Translations under genes and position numbers: made by a program
Assembly (NCBI GenBank): GCA_963708725.1
Contig: CAVPTL010000006.1
Coordinates: forward strand, 96,226-160,225
DNA length: 64,000 nucleotides
Origin: an uncultured Actinomycetes bacterium
Lineage (GTDB): Bacteria > Actinomycetota > Thermoleophilia > Gaiellales > JAICJC01
Reading direction: 5' to 3'
Notes under the pieces: generated by a model
Told to the model about the DNA's origin: nothing
The model's database searches: none
Seen by the model: only the letters and a program-made list of their open reading frames with translations
Part shown: positions 25,633-34,607 of the stretch, piece by piece
How the letters are laid out: each line of letters opens with the position of its first letter
How positions within the stretch are numbered: the stretch's first letter is position 1

Positions 25633-26049
25633 TCAGCCCATCTGTGCCATCCGGATCTGGTTGCCCGTGGGATCGCGGAATCCGGCGTCGATGCCGTACG
25701 GCTGCTGGGTCGGCTCCTGTGTGAACTCGACTCCGCGCGCCTTCAGGTCCTCGTATGTCGCCTGGCAGTCGTCGACCGAGAAGAACAGCCCGCCGGCCGC
25801 GCCTTTGGCGATGATCGCGTGCAGCTGGGAGCGGGTCTCCTCGTCGAACACCGGCGGGCCGGGGACGGGAAGCAGCGCGAGCGCGACGTCGCTCTGGCCG
25901 GGCAGGCCGACGGTCAGCCAGCGGAAGTTCCCCATCTCGGGGACGGTGACGTCCTCGCGGATCTCCAGACCGAGCTTGTTGGTGTAGAAGTCGAGCGCCT
26001 CGTCCTGATCGTTCACCCAGACGTTGACGTGGGTCAGGTTCTTGAGCAT
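25633..26049 (-). CDS. VOC-family (glyoxalase/bleomycin-resistance fold) protein
   Basis: 138 aa. MLKNLTHVNVWVNDQDEALDFYTNKLGLEI.. and ..PYGIDAGFRDPTGNQIRM.. are VOC motifs. Confidence 0.8.
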   Translation of the reverse strand: MLKNLTHVNVWVNDQDEALDFYTNKLGLEIREDVTVPEMGNFRWLTVGLPGQSDVALALLPVPGPPVFDEETRSQLHAIIAKGAAGGLFFSVDDCQATYEDLKARGVEFTQEPTQQPYGIDAGFRDPTGNQIRMAQMG

Positions 26050-26095
26050 GTGGTCTCCCGTGTGGTTGGTGGGTTGAGACCACGCTAGCCGGGGG

Positions 26096-26521
26096 TTACG
26101 GCGCTGTCTTCTCCAAAACTGCTGTGCTGGGTCGCGACCACGCGAGCAGGACGCAGGTCGGCACGCGTGCGTGGGTCGCCGCCGGCGGGAACCTGGCCCG
26201 ATAGGCCGTCGGGCTCATGCCGTATGCCCGACCGAAGCTGGTCGTGAACGATCCGACGCTGCGAAGCCCGACGGTCAGGCAGATCTCGGCGACCGTGCGA
26301 TCGGTGTTTCGCAGAAGCGCCGAAGCCCGCTCGAGGCGCCGGGTCAGCAGGTACTGGTGGGGAGTGGTGCCAAAAGCGCGCCGAAACTGCCGGCTGAAGT
26401 GCGCGGGAGAGACGTGCGCGACCCTGGCGAGTGCCCGGACGTCCAGCGGATCGCGATAGCGCGCATCGCAGAGATCCTTCGCGCGCAGCAGATGGCGGGT
26501 CGGGGGAGCGGGCGTGGCCAT
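26096..26521 (-). CDS. AraC-family transcriptional regulator (short, HTH-only)
   Basis: 141 aa from [10 protein letters not shown]. ..LARVAHVSPAHFSRQFRRAFGTTPHQYLLTRRLERA..VAEICLTVGLRSVGSFTTSFGRAYGMSPTAYR is an AraC double HTH. The ATG overlaps the sigma-factor stop (ATGA at 26521-26524). Confidence 0.8.
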   Translation of the reverse strand: MATPAPPTRHLLRAKDLCDARYRDPLDVRALARVAHVSPAHFSRQFRRAFGTTPHQYLLTRRLERASALLRNTDRTVAEICLTVGLRSVGSFTTSFGRAYGMSPTAYRARFPPAATHARVPTCVLLAWSRPSTAVLEKTAP

Positions 26522-27684
26522 CACCCGAGCTCCGCGACCCGCCTGGCCAGGAACCGCCGCTCGGGATCGGTCTGGGCCAGCTCGAGCGCGCGTTGGTAGG
26601 CGAGCCGGGCATCGTCGGTGCGGCCGAGCCGTCGCAGCAGGTCGGCTCGGGTCGAATGCAGGTACTGGAAGTCGTCGAGGTCGAGCCCCTCGACCAGCGT
26701 GAGGCCGGCATCCGCACCCTCGGCCTCGCCCACGGCGATGGCGTGGTTCAGCTCGACCACCGGGGAGTGGGTGAGTTCGGCCAGCCGCCCGTAGAGCGCG
26801 GCGATCTCGCCCCAGTCGGGGTCGTCGTCGACGTGCAGCGATGCGATCGCGGCCTGGAGCACGTAGGGCCCGTGGCCGTGGAGCGCGATCGCACGCTCGA
26901 GCAGTTCGCGGCCCTCGGCGATCTCGGTGCGGTTCCAAAGCCCTCGGTCCTGGTCGTCGAGGAGGACGAGCTCGCCGGCTCGAAACCGGGCGTCACGGCG
27001 CGCGTCATGCACCAGCATCAGCGCCAGCAGGCCGTGTACCTCGGGCTCGTCGGGCATGAGCTCAGACAGCGATCGGCCCAGCCGGATCGCCTCGTTCGCG
27101 AGGTCGGTACGGCCGCCATAGCCCTCGTTGTAGATCAGGTAGACCACCGCCAACACCGCGGCGAGCCGGTCGGGGAGGAGGTGCTCGGGCGGCACCCGAA
27201 ACGGGATTCCCGCGTCGCGGATCTTGCGCTTGGCCCGCGCGAGCCGCTTGGTCATCGTCGGGCCGGGCACCAGAAACGCGCGGGCGATCTCGTCGGTGGT
27301 GAGCCCGCCCAGGGTTCGCAACGTCAGCGCCACCTGGGCATCGACCGCGAGCGCGGGGTGGCAGCAGGTGAACACCAGCTCGAGCCGTTCGTCGGGAAAG
27401 GTCGTGATCTCCTCCATCGTGTGCTCGTGCGTTCGCTCCAGCTCCAGCAGATGGGTCTTGGCGGCCAGCGTGCGCTCGCGCCGGAGCCGGTCGACAGCCC
27501 GGTTTCGGGCGGTCACCACCAGCCACCCGCCGGGGTTGGCCGGCACCCCATCGCGTGGCCACCGCTCGGCAGCGGCGGCAAACGCCTCCTGGGTGGCTTC
27601 CTCGGCGAGGTCGAAGTCGCCGAGGAAGCCGACCAGCGACGCGAGCACGCGCCCCCACTCATCGCGGAAGAGCTGCTCCAGCAA
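26521..27684 (-). CDS. ECF sigma factor with long C-terminal TPR-like extension (ECF42-like)
   Basis: Sigma-2 region: ..[30 protein letters not shown]... Sigma-4 region: ..[26 protein letters not shown]... A ~200-aa helical C-terminal extension follows. A YciI/DGPF gene lies immediately upstream. Confidence 0.85.
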   Translation of the reverse strand: MLEQLFRDEWGRVLASLVGFLGDFDLAEEATQEAFAAAAERWPRDGVPANPGGWLVVTARNRAVDRLRRERTLAAKTHLLELERTHEHTMEEITTFPDERLELVFTCCHPALAVDAQVALTLRTLGGLTTDEIARAFLVPGPTMTKRLARAKRKIRDAGIPFRVPPEHLLPDRLAAVLAVVYLIYNEGYGGRTDLANEAIRLGRSLSELMPDEPEVHGLLALMLVHDARRDARFRAGELVLLDDQDRGLWNRTEIAEGRELLERAIALHGHGPYVLQAAIASLHVDDDPDWGEIAALYGRLAELTHSPVVELNHAIAVGEAEGADAGLTLVEGLDLDDFQYLHSTRADLLRRLGRTDDARLAYQRALELAQTDPERRFLARRVAELG

Positions 27685-27687
27685 TCC

Positions 27688-28029
27688 CTACATCTCCACC
27701 AGCGGGCGGACCTCGACCGAACCGCCGAGCCGCGCCGCGGGAATCCGCGCCGCCAACTCGATCGCCGAATCCAGGTCGCCGGACTCATACAGGTAGTACC
27801 CGCCGAGCTGCTCCTTCATGGCGGCAAACGGGCCGTCGGTCGTCAGCGTCTGCCCGTTTTGGACGCGCACGGTGGTGGCGGTGTCGGAGGGCTGGAGCTG
27901 GGCGCCACCGACGACGCCGGGAGTCTCTGAGATCGCGTAATACTCGGCGGTGACCGCCTTCTGCTCGTCTTCCGAGAGCCGGCTCCACCCATCCATTCCG
28001 CCGGTGTTGATCAAGAGCATGTACTTCAT
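27688..28029 (-). CDS. YciI-family (DGPF-motif) protein
   Basis: 113 aa from MKYMLLINTG. It contains ..TDGPFAAMKEQLGGYYL... AGGAGG lies upstream of ATG 28029. Confidence 0.85.
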   Translation of the reverse strand: MKYMLLINTGGMDGWSRLSEDEQKAVTAEYYAISETPGVVGGAQLQPSDTATTVRVQNGQTLTTDGPFAAMKEQLGGYYLYESGDLDSAIELAARIPAARLGGSVEVRPLVEM

Positions 28030-28091
28030 GGTTCCTCCTTTTGGAGAGCGTAGACGTGAAGACAACGAACGGGACAGGCGAAAACGGACAC

Positions 28092-28757
28092 CTATCCCGG
28101 ACGGGCGGTGAACTCGACCACCACGGGCGCGAGCACGTCGGGGTATCCGTCTGACCGAAACCCGACCACGACCTCGCTGAGGGCGGGCACGCTCAGCGGC
28201 CATGGCGAGAGCGTCACGCCGCCGTGACCGTCCACCGAATACCGAACCTCCACCGGCTCGGCACCCGGCGCGGGCACGATCGCGACGCTGCCCGATGTCG
28301 CCTCTTCCTCGCAGAAGTCGAACGAGACCAGGTCGCAGAGATTGGTGATCCGATCGGCGTCGGCGGCGGTGGCCTCATCGACCCCGGCAGCCACTCGCAG
28401 GCGCTGGAGCGCTTCGGCCATGTGGGCGGCGGCCCCTTCGCGGACATCACCGCCACCGTAGGAGACCAGCCGGTGCACGTGCATCGCGACCACCAGATCG
28501 ACGACCGCGTCCTCGCCGGCGGGTGCAAACCCGGCTTCCTGGATCTCGATCCAGCGATCGCCGGCAACCTCACCAATCGCGTCGTCGTCGAGCTGACCGT
28601 AGCCACGATCATGCAGCGCCACGCCGGTGACGAACGACCGGAACGGAAGCTCCGGCCGGGCAAACTGATCGTTCCCCCAGTGAAGCGCGAGCACCGCCGC
28701 CAGCCGCGCATGCTCTGCCTGCGGGTACACCACCTGTCGCCGGGCCGACCGAAACAC
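28092..28757 (-). CDS. DUF3891-like protein
   Basis: 221 aa. ..EHARLAAVLALHWGN.. and ..VALHDRGYG.. resemble DUF3891. This is a motif-level call. Confidence 0.5.
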   Translation of the reverse strand: MFRSARRQVVYPQAEHARLAAVLALHWGNDQFARPELPFRSFVTGVALHDRGYGQLDDDAIGEVAGDRWIEIQEAGFAPAGEDAVVDLVVAMHVHRLVSYGGGDVREGAAAHMAEALQRLRVAAGVDEATAADADRITNLCDLVSFDFCEEEATSGSVAIVPAPGAEPVEVRYSVDGHGGVTLSPWPLSVPALSEVVVGFRSDGYPDVLAPVVVEFTARPG

Positions 28758-28826
28758 TCCGTCACTGTAGCCCTGCGGCGCCAGACCGATCCAAACCGCT
28801 CTCGTCGTCGTACCGTGGAGTAGCCT

Positions 28827-29444
28827 GTGCCAACCCAGTTAGCGACGTTTGAGGTAGTGCCGATGCGGAAGCTCCAAAGCCAGGGTGTGCATCACATCAC
28901 GATCACCGGAGCCGACAGGCAAACGTCGATCGATTTCTGGGAGGGCGTGCTCGGCATGCCGTTCGTATTCGAGCAGCCGAACCTCGATAACGCGGCCGAG
29001 AGTCACCTGTACTTCGATCCTGGCGACGGGCGTCTGATCACGATCTTCACCAACGAGCAGCGGGTCGCCGATCCCACCCGCACGCCGACCGATCCCGGCT
29101 GTGTGCATCACGTCGCCTTCTCGCTTTCGCAGGCGACGTTCAAGCAGGCGGTCGAGCGGCTCGACGAGCGCAACATTCGCCATAGCGGCGTCAAGGATCG
29201 CGGCTTCATGGACTCGATCTACTTCGAGGATCCGTTGGGCCTTCTGATCGAGCTCGCCTCCTACCGCTTCGAGCCGCCGTTTGGCTACACGCATTCGGAT
29301 GTACTGCTCGAGGCCCACAAGATCCGCGTCGCGCGTGGCGACGACCACATCGCCGAGATTCACGTCGCCGACGCGCTCGAGCAGCTCATCCTGCGCTCAC
29401 GACCGTCACTGTCCGACGATCGATCGTCCAAAGACCCGTACTGA
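28827..29444 (+). CDS. VOC-family protein (ring-cleaving dioxygenase-like)
   Basis: ..GVHHITITGADRQTSIDFWEGVLGMPFV.., ..VHHVAFS.. and ..FMDSIYFEDPLGLLIELA.. are VOC motifs. An alternative start lies at 28863. Confidence 0.75.
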   Translation: MPTQLATFEVVPMRKLQSQGVHHITITGADRQTSIDFWEGVLGMPFVFEQPNLDNAAESHLYFDPGDGRLITIFTNEQRVADPTRTPTDPGCVHHVAFSLSQATFKQAVERLDERNIRHSGVKDRGFMDSIYFEDPLGLLIELASYRFEPPFGYTHSDVLLEAHKIRVARGDDHIAEIHVADALEQLILRSRPSLSDDRSSKDPY

Positions 29445-29453
29445 GGGGGAGAC

Positions 29454-30140
29454 ATGGCAGAGATCGCACTTCATGTTTTGAAGCCGAGCGTCAACAACCT
29501 GACCGCACGGGTGTTCGTGCGCGCCGCCGGCCTCGACTTCGAAGAGATCGACGTGTACGGCAAGACCACCACTCCCGAGTTTCTGAAGATGAACCCGGCG
29601 CATCTGACGCCGATGCTGGAGGAGCAGGGACTCCCCAAGGCGACGCTGTGGGAGAGCTGCGCGATCATGCAGTACCTCTGTAACAAGCACGGCCTGGACG
29701 AGCTCTACCCGAGCGATCCAGCGCAGCGGGCGATGGTCGATAGCGCGATGTTCTATCTCGTCGGCACGCTCTATCCACTGGTCGCCCGCGCCACCTATCC
29801 GGTGCTCGCGTTTCCGCAGTATCCCGGTGAGGTGGGCTGGTCCGACCTGCACGACGAGGCCAAGGCCGACGCCCAGCAGGCGGCGATCACCGCGCTGGCC
29901 GAGCCGCTCGACGTGTATCGCCAGTTCTTCATCGGTGACAGGGCGTTCATCGGGGGCGCCAATCCATCGATTGCCGACATCCGGCTGGCGGCCACGCTCG
30001 AGTTCCTGCACTCGATCGACTACGACTTTCCCGCATGGACGATCGACTACATGGGACGGGTCGAAACGGCGCTCGGCGAGGCCTACACCGAGCCGGTGGC
30101 CGACGTGCGCGGCTACATCGAGTACGTGCGTTCGCAGTAG
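29454..30140 (+). CDS. Glutathione S-transferase family protein
   Basis: 228 aa. The N-terminal thioredoxin-like domain includes ..EFLKMNPAHLTPMLEE..LWESCAIMQYLCNKHG... A helical C-domain follows. Confidence 0.8.
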   Translation: MAEIALHVLKPSVNNLTARVFVRAAGLDFEEIDVYGKTTTPEFLKMNPAHLTPMLEEQGLPKATLWESCAIMQYLCNKHGLDELYPSDPAQRAMVDSAMFYLVGTLYPLVARATYPVLAFPQYPGEVGWSDLHDEAKADAQQAAITALAEPLDVYRQFFIGDRAFIGGANPSIADIRLAATLEFLHSIDYDFPAWTIDYMGRVETALGEAYTEPVADVRGYIEYVRSQ

Positions 30141-31393
30141 CCGCCTTCAAGGTTCCCGGCCCAGATGCCGATGGGCGGAGTATGCAGATGGAATGGGAAG
30201 TCGTCAGCGAGGAGATCGAGAAGTGCGCGCAGTGCAAGCGCTACCTCTCGTGGTGGACCGAGCCACCTCGCCACGGAAAGCACGCATCGGTGCGCCACGC
30301 AATCTGCTCCTGTCAGGCGCGCTACACGTCTGACCCTGACGGCTCCGCCAACTAGCCCTCGGGTGCGCACAGTCGCCGCGCCGGCGACCAGCGACTCGAG
30401 CTTGCCGTAGGCGACATCGCGCGGCAGATACTTCATGCCGCAATCCGGCGCCGCGACCAGTTCCTCGGCACGCTTGTACGGCAGCGCCCGCCGGATCCGC
30501 CCAGCGATCGTCTCGGGAGATTCGACCTCGAGGTCGTCCAGGTCGATCACGCCCAGGATGATGTGCTTGCCCGGAAGCGTCTCGAGGATCGCGGTGTCGA
30601 TGCCCGACTGGCCGGTCTCGATCGAGATCTGATCGCACGAGCACGCGGCCAGCTCGGGAAGGAATGAGTAGGCCGACGGTCGGTCGTGGATGATCGCCGC
30701 ATATCCGAAGCAGATGTGGACGGCGGTCGTGCCGTGGACGCCGTCGAGCGCCCGCTCGAGCGCGGCCACCCCGAACTCGCGGGCCTTCTCGGGCCGCGCC
30801 TGCATGTACGGCTCATCGATCTGCACGATGTCGGCTCCGGCGGCGAACAGATCGACGATCTCGTCATGGACGGCGCCGGCGTAGGCCAACGCCAGTTCGG
30901 CGGGGCTTTCGTAGTAGTCGTTCTGGGCCTGCTGGGACATCGTGAACGGCCCCGGCACCGTGATCTTGATCGGACGGCTGGTGTTGGAGCGCAGGAACTC
31001 GACGTCGCGGATCTGTACCGCGTGCTTTCGCTCGACCGGGCCGACGACGCGCGGCACCGGGTTGGGCTCGCCGCTTCGATCCAGCGCCGTGCCCGGGTTA
31101 TCGATATCGACTCCCGAGAGCGCGGTTGCGAACCGGTTCGAGTAGCTCTCGCGCCGGGCCTCGCCGTCGGTGATGATGTCGAGCCCCGCCCGTTCCTGGT
31201 CGCGGATGGCGATCAGCGTCGCATCGTCCTGGGCCTGTTCGAGGTATTGAGGGTCGACGCGCCACAGTTCGGTCGCCCGCACGCGGGGCGGAAACCGGTG
31301 TCGCAGTCGCTCTCGGTCGATCAGCCAATCCGGTTGGGCGTAGGAGCCAACGAGGCTGGTGGGGATCGCGGAGGGGATCGGTTCTGTGGGCAC
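30113..31393 (-). CDS. Cobalamin-independent methionine synthase-like (MetE C-terminal/Meth_synt_2 family) protein with an unexplained ~80-aa 3' extension
   Basis: ..PTSLVGSYAQPDWL.., ..ITDGEARRESY.. and ..APDCGMKYLPRDVAYGKLESLVAGAATVR.. are family motifs. The conserved part ends near 30356. The ORF then reads on to 30113 through the small + strand ORF and into the GST gene. Confidence 0.8.
   Translation of the reverse strand: MPTEPIPSAIPTSLVGSYAQPDWLIDRERLRHRFPPRVRATELWRVDPQYLEQAQDDATLIAIRDQERAGLDIITDGEARRESYSNRFATALSGVDIDNPGTALDRSGEPNPVPRVVGPVERKHAVQIRDVEFLRSNTSRPIKITVPGPFTMSQQAQNDYYESPAELALAYAGAVHDEIVDLFAAGADIVQIDEPYMQARPEKAREFGVAALERALDGVHGTTAVHICFGYAAIIHDRPSAYSFLPELAACSCDQISIETGQSGIDTAILETLPGKHIILGVIDLDDLEVESPETIAGRIRRALPYKRAEELVAAPDCGMKYLPRDVAYGKLESLVAGAATVRTRGLVGGAVRVRRVARLTGADCVAHRCVLSVARWLGPPREVALALRALLDLLADDFPFHLHTPPIGIWAGNLEGGYCERTYSM
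30182..30355 (+). CDS. Candidate small Cys-rich (zinc-ribbon-like) protein, 57 aa
   Basis: MQMEWEVVSEEIEKCAQCKRYLSWW..HAICSCQARY.. contains CxxC and CxC. Third codon positions are strongly G/C. It lies entirely antisense to the 3' tail of ORF 30113..31393. Confidence 0.4.
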   Translation: MQMEWEVVSEEIEKCAQCKRYLSWWTEPPRHGKHASVRHAICSCQARYTSDPDGSAN

Positions 31394-31506
31394 GGCGACA
31401 CGCTACATCACCTGATCAGCGAGGTCGGTATGACCGGCGCGATGGCTAATGTGACCAGCGGGTTGGTGCTCAGATAACTTGTGAAGCTCTGACGTAAGAA
31501 AGTTCG

Positions 31507-31535
31507 TTGACGGGCCGATCGCTGGGAGGTACCGT
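31507..31535 (+). promoter_or_regulatory. Candidate sigma-70-type promoter for LamG-like gene
   Basis: TTGACG (31507-12), a 17-nt spacer, then TACCGT (31530-35, TAnnnT). It lies in a relatively AT-rich intergenic stretch ~80 nt upstream of ATG 31612. Confidence 0.25.
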
Positions 31536-31611
31536 CCAAAACAGCTGGCTCCAACCAGACACGCCGCGCACGCGGCGTCCTCAAGTCACGTATCGACCAC
31601 GGGGGAACGAT

Positions 31612-32310
31612 ATGAGGATACGGTGCGGAACGTCTTTGACCGTTGCGTTGGTGGTTGGGGTCGCGCTCGCGGCGCCTGCATCGGCCGCGACTCTCGCCGA
31701 CTGGGAAATGAACGAAGCGCCCGGCGCCCACACCATGGTGGATTCGAGCGGCCATGTGAACGGCACCATCGGATCGGCGATCCAAACGGGCGTGAGTGTG
31801 ATGGGCGCAACCGTCTACCGGTGGCCGTTCACGAGCCCGACGATGCCGCCTCCCAAGCCGGAGCGCCTCGCCCAGGCAAACAGTTCGACGCTCAACCCGG
31901 GATCGGGCAACTACACGGTGGAGATGCGATACCGAACGACCCAGCACTTCGGAAACATGGTGCAAAAGGGCCAGGCCGGATCGAAAACCGGCTACTGGAA
32001 GATCGAGAACCCCAACGGCCGCATCAATTGTGTGTTCCGGGGGCTGGTCAACGGCACGCTCAAACGGAAGGCCGTTGAGTCACCCACGGTATTGAGCGAT
32101 GGCAATTTCCATATTGCAAAATGTGCACGAACGTCGAACGCGCTCACGCTGAGCATCGACGGTCATGTCGTCGATACAGCGTCGGGCAAGACCGGGAGCA
32201 TCTCGAACTCGCGGCCGCTGACCATTGCCGGCAAGCTTGACTGCAATCAGATGGACGTCACCTGTGATTACTACACGGGCGACATCGACTACATCAAGAT
32301 CTCAAACTGA
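31612..32310 (+). CDS. Secreted LamG/concanavalin-A-like lectin-fold protein
   Basis: Signal peptide MRIRCGTSLTVALVVGVALAAPASA. ..DSSGHVNGT.., ..NYTVEMRYRT.. and ..GDIDYIKISN resemble the Laminin_G_3 fold. The gene is visibly less G+C-rich than its neighbours. Confidence 0.7.
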   Translation: MRIRCGTSLTVALVVGVALAAPASAATLADWEMNEAPGAHTMVDSSGHVNGTIGSAIQTGVSVMGATVYRWPFTSPTMPPPKPERLAQANSSTLNPGSGNYTVEMRYRTTQHFGNMVQKGQAGSKTGYWKIENPNGRINCVFRGLVNGTLKRKAVESPTVLSDGNFHIAKCARTSNALTLSIDGHVVDTASGKTGSISNSRPLTIAGKLDCNQMDVTCDYYTGDIDYIKISN

Positions 32311-32325
32311 CGATATGTGCGGTTG

Positions 32326-32356
32326 GTGAATAACGGTGCCAGGCACCGTTATTCAC
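32326..32356. repeat. REP-like palindromic element, 31-nt subfamily (centre A)
   Basis: GTGAATAACGGTGCCAGGCACCGTTATTCAC. The palindrome extends 3 nt further on each side (TTG...CAA). Confidence 0.9.
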
Positions 32357-32441
32357 CAACGCATCCACGCGCTACGCTGGTCCCGCTGACCGAAACCAGA
32401 GGGGGACCGGTGGATCAACGACGCGATGCGAGCTCACAACG

Positions 32442-33281
32442 CTTCGGCTGGCCAACCACGGCTACGGGCCGGTGGAGATCGGCGAGATGATCGAGCTGCC
32501 GGAGGAACTCGACCACCACTGGGCGTTGCGTGGCTACTACGGCACCGTGAACCACAACGTCAAGGCCACCTACGTCAAGTACCTGGGCTGGTTCGACGGG
32601 AACCCTGCGACGCTTCATACGCTCCCACCAGAGGAGGCGTCGAAGCGCTACGTCGAGTTCATGGGCGGGGCGGATGCGATCCTCGAGAAGGCTCGCGCCG
32701 AGTACGAGAAGGGCGAGTACCGGTGGGTCGCCGAGGTCGTGAACCACGTCGTGTTCGCCGATCCCTCCAACGCCGACGCCAGGGCGCTTCAAGCAGACAC
32801 GCTCGAGCAGCTCGGCTACCAGTCCGAGGCCGGCACCTGGCGAAACCTCTACCTGACGGCAACTCAGGACTTACGGCAGGGCGTGGCCAAGATCCCGTTC
32901 GGCGGCACCGCGAGTCCCGACACCATCAAGGCGATGACGCTCGAGCTCCTGTTCGACTACATGGGGGTGCGGCTGAACGGCCCCGATGCCGCGGCCGCCA
33001 CGATCACGCTTAACTTGAACGTGTCCGACACCGGCGAGCGGGCCGTGCTGGAGCTGACCAATGGCTCACTGAACCACTCGATTGGCCGCCAAGACGCCGA
33101 TGCCGACGCCACGCTCACCATGGACAGGCCCGTGCTGAGCGCCGTCGTCCTGGGTGAGATGTCGTCGGCCGACGCGATCGCGCAGGGGGTGCTCACGGCA
33201 GATCCCGACGCCAAGGCGCTTGATCAGCTGCTCGGATTCCTCGACAGCTTCGATTTTTGGTTCAACATCGTGGAGCCGTGA
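32442..33281 (+). pseudogene. 5'-truncated alkyl/aryl-sulfatase (only dimerisation + SCP2-like C-terminal domains; MBL catalytic domain missing)
   Basis: ..LRLANHGYGPVEIGEMIELPEEL..RGYYGTVNHNVKATYVKYLGWFDGNPATLH..GEYRWVAEVVNHVVFADPSN..QLGYQSEAGTWRNLYL.. matches the C-terminal two-thirds of SdsA1/YjcS-type sulfatases. The frame closes at a TAA inside the REP copy (32331-33). Confidence 0.7.
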
Positions 33282-33317
33282 GCCAACACCCCTGGTGACT
33301 TGAGAAAACCGTAGATC

Positions 33318-34607
33318 GTGCCGATGTCGTTCTCGATTGTGAGCACCCTGGACGACACGATCGGATCGCTGCGAAGCGCGCTTCTGGTTTCGCCGGACAA
33401 CTCGCCGTTGCGACGGCACCTTGCCGACACGCTGGTCTCGGCGGGGCGCTTCGGCGAGGCCGAGGTCGAGTATCGCGAGGGCCTTCGGATCACACCGGGC
33501 GACGACGAGCTGTCGATCGCGCTGGCAGAGTGCTTCTACTACCAGGGCCGTGTGGCCGAGGCGATGGTGCTCGCCGAGCAGCTCGATCAGGACGAGGTGC
33601 CTGGGGGCCGGCCCCAGCTGCTCTTGATGAAGCTTCATCTGGTCGCCGGCGAGGAGGATGAGGCGCGCACCGCTTACCTGCGCGCGATCGAGGCCGATCG
33701 CAGCCTCGCCAGCCGCGATCTGGAATCTCGCCTGGGATTGTTCGAGAAGCCCCGGGAGTCGATCGCCTTCGACGACGTCGGCGGCATGGAGGCGATCAAG
33801 GAAGAGATCCGTATGAAGGCGATCCACCCGATCGCGCACCCCGAACTGTTCCAAAGCTACGGCAAGGGAGTCGGCGGCGGCGTGCTCCTGTATGGGCCGC
33901 CCGGTTGCGGCAAGACGTATCTGGCTCGCGCCACCGCCGGTGAGATCGAAGGCACCTTCATCTCGGTCGGTCTCAGCGATGTGCTCGACATGTGGGTCGG
34001 GTCGAGCGAGCGAAACCTTCACCGCGTGTTCGAAGACGCCCGCCAGAATGCGCCGGCGGTGCTCTTCTTCGACGAGGTCGACGCGCTCGGCGCGAAGCGA
34101 TCCGACATGCGCATGAGCGCCGGCAAGCACGTCATCAACCAGTTTCTCGCCGAGTTCGACGGTGCCGACGCCAGTAACGATGGCGTGGTGATCATCGGCG
34201 CGACCAATGCACCGTGGAATCTCGACTCGGCGTTCCGGCGACCCGGGCGGTTCGACCAGGTCGTGTTCGTGCCGCCGCCCGACACATTGGCCCGGGCCGC
34301 GATTCTGGCGGTGCAGCTCGAGGGCAAGCCGCTCGCCGACATCGACCTCGACCGCGTCGCTGAACGGGCCGATGGGTTTTCGGGTGCCGATCTGATGGGC
34401 GTCGTCGACCGTGCTGTCGAGGCCAGGTTACGGCTCGCGATGCGAAGCGGAGAGACCGAGCCGATCACCGAGCGGGATCTGATCGACCAGGTCGAGCGCC
34501 TGCGCCCGTCCACCGATGAGTGGTTTGTCGGCGCGAAGAACTACGTCAAGTTCGCCAATGACGGTGGGTTGTACGACGAGCTGGCCGCCTATCTGAACGG
34601 CCGATGA
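33318..34607 (+). CDS. TPR-domain AAA+ ATPase (single CDC48/FtsH-type AAA module)
   Basis: N-terminal TPR-like helices (..AGRFGEAEVEYREGLRITPGDDE..). AAA motifs are VLLYGPPGCGKTYLA (Walker A), VLFFDEVDAL (Walker B) and ..ATNAPWNLDSAFRRPGRFD (SRH). Confidence 0.85.
   Translation: MPMSFSIVSTLDDTIGSLRSALLVSPDNSPLRRHLADTLVSAGRFGEAEVEYREGLRITPGDDELSIALAECFYYQGRVAEAMVLAEQLDQDEVPGGRPQLLLMKLHLVAGEEDEARTAYLRAIEADRSLASRDLESRLGLFEKPRESIAFDDVGGMEAIKEEIRMKAIHPIAHPELFQSYGKGVGGGVLLYGPPGCGKTYLARATAGEIEGTFISVGLSDVLDMWVGSSERNLHRVFEDARQNAPAVLFFDEVDALGAKRSDMRMSAGKHVINQFLAEFDGADASNDGVVIIGATNAPWNLDSAFRRPGRFDQVVFVPPPDTLARAAILAVQLEGKPLADIDLDRVAERADGFSGADLMGVVDRAVEARLRLAMRSGETEPITERDLIDQVERLRPSTDEWFVGAKNYVKFANDGGLYDELAAYLNGR

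Noticed and set aside
31394-31506. Possible SAM or cobalamin riboswitch upstream of the MetE-like gene
   Set aside because: I read the minus-strand leader and could find neither a B12 box nor the conserved SAM-I, SAM-II or SAM-IV core sequences. A covariance-model scan (Infernal/Rfam) would be needed to exclude one formally.
33318-34607. Type VII (ESX) secretion locus inferred from the EccA-like TPR+AAA architecture
   Set aside because: No EccB/C/D/E, MycP or WXG100 genes are present in the window, and the AAA module is CDC48/FtsH-like rather than CbbX-like.
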